In this document: positions 1 through 13,144 of the stretch, one piece after another
How the letters are laid out: every line of letters begins with the position of its first letter
How positions within the stretch are numbered: the stretch's first letter is position 1
NCBI GenBank assembly: GCA_018398765.1
Contig: JAHBMJ010000379.1
Location: 1-48,754 of the forward strand
Reading direction: 5' to 3'
DNA from: Chromera velia
Lineage: Eukaryota
DNA length: 48,754 nt
The notes under the pieces: generated by a model
The model's input: only the letters and a program-made list of their open reading frames with translations
Database searches by the model: none
What the model was told of the DNA's origin: nothing
Position numbers and translations under genes: made by a program

Positions 1-124
1 GGTGTCCCCCCCCCCTCCACGGCGCACGCTCATCGGTCGGGGCCGGCCCAGGTCCTGTATAAAGGCCTGCAGAAAAGAAAAAGAAAGTCAAAGCATACAA
101 ATGGCCACAAATTAATGTCCAGGG
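1..124. mobile_element. Right end of MITE (same family as 16416-16925 and 17924-18433), cut by window edge
   Basis: Near-identical to the last ~124 bp of the two full copies; ends AATGGCCACAAATTAATGTCCAGGG followed by TA (125-126). Confidence 0.92.
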
Positions 125-475
125 TATGCGGAGAGAAACTGAATGCATGCATGTGACTTCTTCAAAAAAGGCGCGCGCACGTACGTTTGCGTGCAATCTT
201 TAGTCGATTCGTGGCGTTTTTCACTGCATGAGGCTACGAGGCGAACCGTGAGAGCGGCACAACCTGCAACAGACCTTTTTCTTTTCGAACACCCCACTTC
301 CGTCTTCTGCGTGGTATCAGAACAAGAGACAGGAATCTTCTTGTGGCCCAGGACCAAGGAGACGGAGAGACGGAGACGGGTAGGTGCTTCAGGAAGTTTA
401 GTTCTGAAACTGATCAAGAGAGCCCATTCATGCGCCTTCGCACTGAGGCACTAAGGAGAGACCCACAGAAGGAAA

Positions 476-4115
<3,640 letters not shown>

Positions 4116-4209
4116 CGAATCATTGAACTATAGTTGTCAGAGACTCATGACAGTCAGCCTGAGAGACTTGAAGAGAAATCGGACCCGGAGCGGTATGCAC
4201 TGAATTGGG

Positions 4210-5076
4210 CCTTACTATCCATCGTTTAGTCTATCATTAATTTAAAAGTTTAAAACATAAAATAAATCCTAGAATAAATCATATTATTCATATATGAAGC
4301 CACCATGCCAGTATTGAACAGGAAAATATTGACTAGACAGACTAGTAGGTAATTAATTTTCATTCTGGAGAAGGGAATAGAAAAGAGGGGATTTATTGGT
4401 GCCTGAATGCAAGCATTAGCGCCGTTTTGCCTTTAGTTACGTGTAACTCCTTGCCAGGACACAGCCCCGGACAGTGTCACACTGTTAGCTATATTAAGCC
4501 AGACAGGAGCGATGTACCACACTAGTGTACCACGAGACACTGGCAAACTGGCGGTGTGTATGCTGTCTGCTCGTACAAGGGGAAGGAAATGAAACAAGCT
4601 ATTTTTAATGTTCTATCAATCCTATATATTTTCCTCTTTATATAGCAAAAACTCCAGAAATGTGTATGTTTTCTGGTATAGCTCTGCCGACGGATAGACA
4701 CAAGGATAGATAGAACGAGAAGCTAGACCAGAAGTTAGACCAAAAACTTTGAAGTCCTGGGGAGGAACTTATAGCATAATATAGTAAAGCATTAATTAAT
4801 TGATGTAACTCGATCTAAAAATCATTTAAAAATAAATCTATACAGTTAGTTAAAATCGTTAGTTACATAGTTACTAGGAGGGGGGTTGGTTAATATAGTC
4901 TAGGTAGTACAGTAGTACGTGCATATATATAAATAAGAATATATTCCAAACTCCTAGCCATGCAAACTCATTCAAAGCTAGACGTCCTGAGTCACTAAGA
5001 TATGAAATCTTACAGCTAATCTTACATATTCTTACTATATCTCCATGTAATTGTATTTCACATAGACAATGCCACG
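4210..5076. other. AT-rich, TpA/CTAG-rich non-coding island between the 3' ends of the two ATP23 genes
   Basis: No ORF of 60 aa or more in the track; abrupt composition shift; abuts the stop codon of the truncated paralogue. Confidence 0.7.
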
Positions 5077-5674
5077 TTAAGCTCGACGGTCGGCTTTCGC
5101 CCGGACAGAATCAAACGCATGCAAGACCTGCAGTCAGAAAACCATGCAGTCAACATGCATCGATCGATGCTGCAATGATCAAATCCGTATGAATGCATGC
5201 AAGGAGGAGAGTAGAAGATAAGAGTGGGGAGACAAAGGGAACAGCGGAGAGATAAGCAAAGGAAAAAAGTACGGATTCAAGAGAGAATGGGGAAGGCACC
5301 GAAGGGAGCGGGGAGACAGAGCGCGGGGGGCGTCCTGTAACATTCAGCCAAGTCGATGAGAAATTACTTTTGACAGTAGCGCAGCAGCTTTACTGCTTCC
5401 ATTGATACACACAGTTATGCCGCTGAACACACTCTGATCTTTCCTCGGCTTCAGTATTCACGTTCAGATAGCTTCGTTTGCATGCTTTGAAAAAGCTCCT
5501 TCCTACAGTGGGGATGCTTCGGATAGGTAAATTGCATTTCTCGTCTTGCTGACTCACTCCATTGTGAGGCGGGTGGGCGATGCAGTGAGGAAGCCAGAAA
5601 CGCAAACAGACGGACAAGATGACAAGCCCACCTGATGCCGAAGTGCGCTGTTAAACGAAGACCTTCCCCATTTT

Positions 5675-6102
5675 CTGTTCGCACAGAACCACACCTGCAT
5701 GCATGCATGCATACATTCGGACGAACATATTGATACAAGAAGGGATCTGTTCGCACACAGCCACACCTGCATGCATACATGCATACATTCGGACGAACAT
5801 ATTGATACAAGAAGGGATCTGTTCGCACACAACCACACCTGCATGCATACATGCATACATTCGGACGAACATATTGATACAAGAAGGGATCTGTTTGCAC
5901 ACAACCACACCTGCATGCATGCATGCATACATTCGGACGAACATATTTTTACAAGAAGGGATCTGTTTGCACAGAACCACACCTGCATGCATGCATGCAT
6001 ACATTCGGACGAACATATTGATACAAGAAGGGATCTGTTTGCACACAACCACACCTGCATGCATGCATACATTCGGACGAACACATTGATGCAAGAAGGG
6101 AT
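5675..6102. repeat. 72-bp tandem repeat, ~6 units, each carrying the intron-1 acceptor and the start of exon 2 of the ATP23 paralogue
   Basis: ACACCTGCAT recurs at 5691, 5763, 5835, 5907, 5979 and 6051; the minus strand reads tgcag|GTGTGGtTxTGTGCxAACAG. Confidence 0.93.
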
Positions 6103-6287
6103 GTCAGGGCGGACTGAAAGAATTCGGATGGAAGCCAGAATGAATTTTCTTTGAATATCTCACGTTGATTGTTTAGATTGCATCAGCTTTTTCTTCAAAG
6201 AATGAGCGGACTGGCTCACCGGCTGGCCAAGTGACTGACAGATGACCAACTCACTGACTGATTGACTGGTTGTCTGGTAGGCTGCCT

Positions 6288-6380
6288 AAGTGAGTGAGTG
6301 AGTGAGTGAGTGAGTGAGTGAGTGAGTGAGTGACTGACTGACTGACTGACTGACTGACTGACTGACTGACTGTCTGACTG
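6288..6380. repeat. (GAGT)n-(GACT)n tetranucleotide microsatellite
   Basis: Directly visible. Confidence 0.9.
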
Positions 6381-7216
6381 GCGGACTGACCGTCTGACTC
6401 ACTCACTAAATGAATGCCAAACTGATTGTCTGTCTCTCTGTCGGAATTGCCCGCTTTTCTATTATATGTGAATGGCTGTCGCAGTGACTGACAACCGACT
6501 GTCTATCTGGCTAATAGCTGACTGACTGACGACCAACTAACTGAGTAACTGAGAGGCTAAGTGTCTGCGTGACTGTCTGACTCCCTAATTGATAGACTGA
6601 CAGTGTTAATAGTTGGGTAATAGCCTGTCGGCGTGACCGTTTCGGGCGTGCACTGTCTGCACATGAATGAGAAGCCTTCCCTTGTACCCTTTCCCCTCTC
6701 GGCCATTCTCTGGAGGGCCTCTATCATCTCTCTGGTCTTCCTGTGGTCGGACCCTTTTCGTATGAGAAACCGGCACTCCCGTCTCTCCTCCTCACTCAAC
6801 CCGTCGTCACTCTGCACAGGACACGGAAGATCCTTCTCTGGGGTCTCGACAGAACCGGACGAGAGGAAGGAAGGCAAACTGTCCTTTAGCTTTGCAAGAG
6901 GATCCCAGCCACGTTGCATTCTCTTTGCTTCCAGGGTGCACACGCACTCCCTGCCTTTTGTGAGAGGCCGGAGAGACGGCCCTTCAAAAGTTTGCCGTCT
7001 CCTTCAAAGTCCAAGTCGGTTGAGGACGTGCTTGTCCTGAAATGGCCGTCTACTTCCCTCCGACATGCTGGAGAGGAGAAACTGACAAGCTGTTGCCACA
7101 GCGATCTCCAAATCCCTCACACAATCGAGCAACTTCAGAGCATGCAAGTCTGCTCGCCTTCCCCTTCCGACCTGGCAGAGGGTTGCATATCCCCGCGGCC
7201 AGAAGACGAGTGCCCC

Positions 7217-7250
7217 CCGCGGGCCCGCGCGCGCGCGCGCGGGCCCGCGG
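7217..7250. promoter_or_regulatory. Perfect 34-bp GC palindrome (GGGCCC-(CG)n-GGGCCC) in the divergent intergenic region
   Basis: CCGCGGGCCCGCGCGCGCGCGCGCGGGCCCGCGG is its own reverse complement. It lies near the middle of the region between start codons 6919(-) and 7597(+), followed by several TGCATG motifs. Regulatory role is inferred. Confidence 0.5.
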
Positions 7251-7596
7251 TGCTGCACTTAATTTTGACGCAAAACTGCATGCAACTCGCGGGCATGAAA
7301 TTCTTTATTGTCTCTCTGCATGCATGCATGGTCCTGTGTTGGGCATGAATTTAAAGAGGCGCATCATGCATGTGCAACACATGTGCAACACTCATGCAAG
7401 CTCCCTAGATCACATCCTTCAATAGTGGTCCTTGATCTTGCCCCTGGCAGCGAGATGAATCATGCATGTGCTGATATATATATATATTCGGAGGCTGTCC
7501 TGTCAACCCATCTCGTCACAGACAGCTGCACACTGACACCAGCTGATCAACCGTAATTGCTTCAAAATTCCCTCTCCTGCAGCAAGAGGCAGAGAG

Positions 7597-9420
7597 ATGA
7601 ACGGCTTCAGACCTACTGTTGTTGAGACGGTGCCCCAAAGCTCAGTGCTCCTGCAATCCCTTCTCTTCTATGACGTCCTGTACAAAATTCCTCTCTTCGT
7701 CATTGTAATTGCAACTGCAATCTGGAAGGTCAGCCTCGACAACACTCATGACAAAGAGTGTACCGAACGTCCTCTTAATTCTCATCTGTTGCTCACTCGT
7801 TTTTGCATGTCTGTTTTCACTGCAGTATGAAGTGCTGCCCCGAGACGACTACTTTGCCACCAGAGGCTGGCGTCCTTCTGCAGTTGCCATCGCTCTTCTG
7901 TTGGCAGCCCTGGAGCCTCTACGGCTGTGGATTGGATACGTGGGGAACCTCCAGGAACAGGTCGGCTCCTAGCTTGGGTTACTAAGGGATGTGTGGTGGG
8001 GAGTGCTTCTCTGCGTGGGACAGCGCATGGCAGTTCTTAGTCTTCCAGGACCAAAGAGATCCTGGATGAAATCAAAACCATGGTATGATCTGAGTCAGCG
8101 CATAGAGACCAGAGAAAGGAAGCAGAACAAATGCAAACAACGCCCCGGAACGAACGAACTAGGCATACATCTCAACTGCCCTCAGCATTTACAGCACTTT
8201 CACTCCCACTTCTTGCTTGCTCATCCTTCCTGCACTCTGGTTGAACGAATGGAGACCAAATGAGGCAGATCTCAGAGCAAGCAAGGCAGCCGGGGAACTT
8301 CGGAGTGATCCTTTACATCATCCCTCTGCCATTGAACTGAGCGCCCGCCTTCCTGTCTTGCCCACCCACTCTCCTCACACTCTGCTGTCTCCACTTTTGT
8401 CCCTCCTTTCTCCGAAATACCAGCCCTGCTCCTCTATTTCACCAAATCTCCTTTCTCGCCCGTCTACCTTCCTTCTCCTCGAGCCCAGCAAGGTAGCAAA
8501 CGCCCCCCCCGAACCATCCCCAACACCTTTACTTCATGAAAGCGGACAAAAAGAAAGAATCAAAGACACGTGTATCGTCCCTCCTTTATTGTTCTCTGCA
8601 GGTGCCCCAACTGTTCCTCTACCTGATGTGCACTTTCTTCCCCTCAGGGGCCGCAGTCATCCTCCTGCTCCTGCTTCCAAAGTTCAACATCCTGGATGTT
8701 GAAAGGGCCGCCTACTGCATTCAGCTCTTCTTCTACGTCACAGAGGCACTCGTTGGGTCGGTCTGCCTCTTCCATGCTCTTGCTCTCTGCCTCTCTCTAT
8801 GCTGCCTAGCCCCTCTATTTGGATCTCTCTTCCCCTCCATTCTCTGCTTCTTCCATCTCTGGTTCTCTCCAGTTTCCTTTCCTCTTTGCCTGGCCGTGAC
8901 CACACAGCTCTCTACGTGTCCTGATATCAACATCCAGCTGCGTGCGTGAGATAGATAAACGATAGACGAGTGGATCTCTGTCTCACTTATTCCTTCTGAG
9001 TGAATTCGCTGTCTGGCTGTTGCCCTTTCTGCACCCCCCCTTGTGCGGACTTGCATGCAGCTATCGTGCAGTGCGGCTTCTGATCGGGTCCAAGACGGCC
9101 AAATTCTTCTTAGCTCGGCAGGTCTGCACAATCATGGACAGAAGGTTATAGAGAGCGACGGGAGAACGAAACAACGTATGCAAGAAAGAAGGAAAGAAAG
9201 AGAGAAAAAGAGATAGACTAGACAGACAGACATACAAACATAGAGGAAAGAAGGAACGAAGAAAGGAGGAAGCAAGAAAGAAAGAAAGCAGGGAATGAAG
9301 GATTGCAGGGAAGAGGGAAGTACAGGGGAAATTTGATGCCTCCAGTGTGTGCTCTACAACTGCTGCGATGCTTTTGAGGGATACTACTTGCTCTCTCTCT
9401 CACTCTCTCTCTCTCTGTGC

Positions 9421-9459
<39 letters not shown>

Positions 9460-11024
9460 TCAGAGAGGCAGAACGGTTGCTTATTTTTATGCTGTCTGCA
9501 GATTCAGCATCGAGAGGGAGAAGTGAAGAGTCTGGAGGGGGACCACCCCTCCTTCAGTTTCGAGGGAGGGGGACCAGATGGGGGGGGCGCAGGGGGGTTC
9601 TTCAGCTTCCACCAACCTCGACCGTTCGTGGGGGGCGAAGGTGAGGAAATCGACATACGGCGATCCTTGTATGTATGTGGGTGTTATTCTTCGTGTGATT
9701 CCGCTTCCCCCTCGACTAGCAATAAAACAGATGGGCCTTCTTTCTGTGCTTATCTCACAGTTCTACCTTGGAAATTGAAGCCGATGATCGATGTGTTCAT
9801 CCTCTTTCAAAAGAAAAAGACATGCAGTTGATTGATGCAGTCGGGTGTTTGGGGGGGGAATGCCATTCATACAGAGAGTTTCTTTCTTGCGATTTTTCTC
9901 TCCATCCCATTTCATGTGGAAAGTTCTCCCCCTGATCTGATTGTTCGTTGATCGATGCATCCGTCCAGCTGCTTCCTGTCCTGTCCGCCCATCGCGAAGT
10001 TGGAACTGTCCAGCACTCAATGATTTCCTTTTTTCTCGTTTTCTGTCCCATATTTTCTCTTCCTTTTCCCAACGGACTCGATTCATCGCTCGCCCTCAAA
10101 TACACGTACTGAATTCGCTGTAACCGACAAACTTGTAGATTCTGTGAAAACATTCTGCCTTTTTTCATTGTTTCCTCTTTCTGATCTGTCTTTGCAGCCG
10201 CCATTCTGGCCAACCGCCATCTGGTGAACGAGTCCTTCGACCGCATCCCTCCCCAACTAGAAGACGATTCCCCCGAACTAGAGTTCGACTACGAGGAACT
10301 ACTACCAGAGCCTAGGGGGGGGAGGGCAAAGCTGAAACAGACGGGAATGCAGAACCGCACTTTCTCCTCTGGGTGGGGAGGGGGAACGAGTAGGCGTGCG
10401 TGGAATGGTGGAGGCGGGTACGGGGATGAGGATGAGGATGGAGACGTGTGGGAAGAGGAAGCAGCATTGCAGAGACGGAAGTTGGCTGCTTGGAGCGGTC
10501 AGGGAGACGGTTTCTCTCCCCCCTCGAGATCTTATTACGATCGGCGGAGTAAACGAGACGTGGAGAGGACTCGAGGAGAGAAGTCTCAAAGGAGCACCAG
10601 GTGGGGGGGGAGAGATTCGCACCACCCACACGGTACCTCATTTCGTCCGGGGAGCAGAAAAGGACGAAGAAAGGAAGATGGGAGCGAGAGGGAGAGGGAA
10701 AAAGATCGTTACTCGGCATCTTCCCGAGGCAGACGGCAGCATGGAAATGGGAGAGGTCCAAACCCCGAGTCGAGCCGTCTGTCTCCTAACGTCAATTCCC
10801 AACACGGGCGTCGCCTGAGCACGATGAATGTCGACTGGAGGGGTGCTGCAGACGCCCAGGCACGGAGAGCCTCTTTTGGAATGCCCACGACCCCCGACCC
10901 CCTCCCTGAAGGGGACCCTCATGAATTCGAAGAAGGCCGAACACCCCGACCTGGCATGGGGTATATGTTCAGTGGCACAGGGGGACTGTACAGAAGAACG
11001 CGCACGGATGAGGCACACGCCTGA
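7597..11024 (+). CDS. TMEM17/TMEM216/TMEM80-family (Transmemb_17) ciliary transition-zone membrane protein with long low-complexity C-tail
   Basis: Phase-compatible exons 7597-7728, 7826-7960, 8602-8756, 9061-9121, 9502-9640 and 10198-11024. Motifs SSVLLQSLLFYD and EPLRLWIGYVGNLQEQVPQL plus four hydrophobic segments match the family pattern. Confidence 0.8.
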
Positions 11025-11089
11025 CTCATCAGGCCGGAATTCAGCATAGTTCAAAACTTTTGAAGAAAAACGCCTTACGCATGAGCGAC

Positions 11090-11770
11090 CAAGAAGAACA
11101 AATTTATCTAGAAATTCATGAAATTAGACTACGAGTTTATGTGAGCTGTTTGAGCCTGAGTCGCATCAATTAGAAACACACTACAATTAAGACACCAAAT
11201 AAGATCAAACTTGATCAAAAATCTGAATGTGAGAATGAGAATCTTTTCATTACTAACATGTATGTCTGTATACACTGGCAATTAAATTCATTTATTTTAA
11301 AATAGATAATCTCAATTAAGTTATATATAAAGCTTACCTAGTTCATGCAGAGGCTAACCTACTATGTTTTTTTTATAACTTCAAGTTCATAAGCTATTAT
11401 AAGTTAGTAGCATATATACAACTTAATATTGAAGTTATATAATGTAGTTTAATCTAGAGTTTAATGTACACCTAGGCGTGATCCTAGGCATGATCTAGGG
11501 CGTGATCCGTATATATATATTTATATGTATTATATTTTTAATTTTAAAAATGTATCTATACATGCATACATAACTAAGTATAATATGTCTAGGTCATTTA
11601 TTTAATGCACTGCATGCGCGTGGTATAAAGAACTTTGAATTCAATTATTCATTAACATAGTTTAATAATAGTAATCTATATATATTTTGCTAAGCATTTT
11701 AGCTTAGATAGACTACGTCATCAGACTTCCGACTTTTCAATTTGGATACAGAATTTTAGGGTACTTGAAT
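11090..11770. other. AT-rich, TpA/CTAG-rich non-coding island
   Basis: No ORFs; contains CCTAGGCGTGATCCTAGGCATGATCTAGGGCGTGA, which looks like a decayed GC-rich repeat. Confidence 0.7.
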
Positions 11771-11937
11771 TCTAAGTGCATGCAACAGATTGCAACAGGC
11801 ACCTGCTGATTGGCTAGTGCTGTGTGAACGTGCATAGTTCACTCGATCTCCTTCGACCACAGTGTCACCACACGTACGTGCATGTGTTGTTTTTGCAGGC
11901 CTCGCTGACTCTGGGCAAGAGACACAAGGAGGCTTTG
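11735..11937 (+). repeat. Inverted duplicate of ~13463-13655 (intron end plus start of the RGG exon)
   Basis: AAGTGCATGCAACAGATTGC..CAGGCACCTGCTGATTGGCTAG..TTTTTGCAGGCCTCGCTGACTCTG..GAGACACAAGGAGGCTTTG is the reverse complement of 13463-13615. Confidence 0.9.
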
Positions 11938-11955
11938 GAGGAGAGGTTGCGACTA

Positions 11956-12118
11956 TAAATCAGGCTACGTATTTGTTTTGTTTCATTCACATCTGCTTCC
12001 CGTAGGCTGAGGTAAGCAGCATCACCTTCTCTCTCTAAATCAGGCTACGCGTTTGTTTTGTTTCATTCACATCTGCATGCTTCCTGTAGGCTGAGGTAAG
12101 CAGCATCTCCTTCTCTCA
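11956..12118 (+). repeat. ~81-bp tandem duplication containing tag|GCTGAG|gtaagc
   Basis: TAAATCAGGCTACG..TTTGTTTTGTTTCATTCACATCTGC..GTAGGCTGAGGTAAGCAGCATC occurs twice. Confidence 0.85.
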
Positions 12119-13144
12119 CTCCCAGGTGCTTGGCGCCGATCGATCCACTTTGTTTTCATTGAAATTCTCCAACAAATTCCCTTCAGTCACACCCTCACGG
12201 CGCCCGCAGGCCACCAAGCTCTCTTGTTAATGAATTGATTTTATCTTCATGCTCGTTTATGCTCTTCTTGGAATTTGAATCCCTGCATGGATTCCCTGCG
12301 TGACAGTGCACCTGCAGCAGAGAGAAAGCAAGGTAGGGAGCCGTTCATGATTTTTGTACGTCGCACTTGACTCACACTTGCCTTGTTCTTTGCCGACCTA
12401 CATTGACGGGGCCTCAGACCGTCGTCTTTGTCGGTGGCATGCCATAAAGGCACAAATCCATCGTGTTGCACCTGTGCACTTGTTTGAAACGCTTCATGCC
12501 TAAAGAGTGATGCTTTCAACAAACGCAGCGCTGTAGCAGTCAGAAAGACCACGACATCTGTTAAGAAAAATTGAGAGCAGATTCTAGATCACCACCCATG
12601 ATCGGATGCCTTTCTGCTCACGATCTGACTGCTTGCCATTATAATCTTTGCATGCCATGCACCGGCCATGCAGGCGTATGATTTCGAGAACTCCCGCTAG
12701 AGGAGTTTCGCATTGCGTAGCGGCCTCTAACGTCAACAGACAAGCAAACAGTGCACGTAAATGATGCGTTGCTCTTCACTCTCCAGGATGTGTTGTGTGC
12801 CGATCAGCTCTTAATTGGCGCAGGAAAACCTGCTATAAACTTTCCAACCGTTCTGCCTCGGTACCGTCAATGACAAAGCGGAGCTTGTCACCAGGTCGAT
12901 CGACAGTTTCCATCTCTTCTTTCAAAATCTCTGAGCTGGAGTCTGCTGAGTGCATCATGCAAACTCTTGTGCCACATAATGGCGGGCGGTCACACAGTGA
13001 GGAGGCGTACAGCAGACACGATGATTTGTTTCGAAGCCACTTAATTTTTGGGCTTTTGCAAGATTGATTGTTTAATATGACGTCCACATCTGTCATCCAT
13101 CCAATTTGCTCAGAGTCTCTCTGCTGCAGGACGTACCTTCAAAT

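Larger units (their letters stand above)
5077..6919 (-). pseudogene. ATP23 paralogue with HExxH->HQxxH, truncated after exon 3 (pseudo-protease or pseudogene)
   Basis: Exons 6919-6602 (MQRGW..FMCRQCTPETVTPTGYYPTINT), 5694-5632 (VWFCANRKWGRSSFNSALRHQ) and 5127-5077 (VLHAFDSVRAKADRRA*). Intron positions and the 63-nt exon 2 match the ATP23 at 476. No ACSE..LSGEC exon found downstream. Confidence 0.82.

Noticed and set aside
5083..5090. Alternative donor (C|gtcgag) that would rescue the ATP23 paralogue
   Set aside because: Lacks the +5 G seen in all other donors, and no downstream ACSE..LSGEC exon exists before ATP23.
5675..6102. CRISPR-like array
   Set aside because: Units are contiguous 72-bp tandem copies with no unique spacers and no cas genes; eukaryotic intron context.
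12833..13096. PIF/Harbinger-like transposase from the FVIDGTE motif
   Set aside because: No downstream DDE motifs recognisable; stop-interrupted; left as unidentified coding-like relic.
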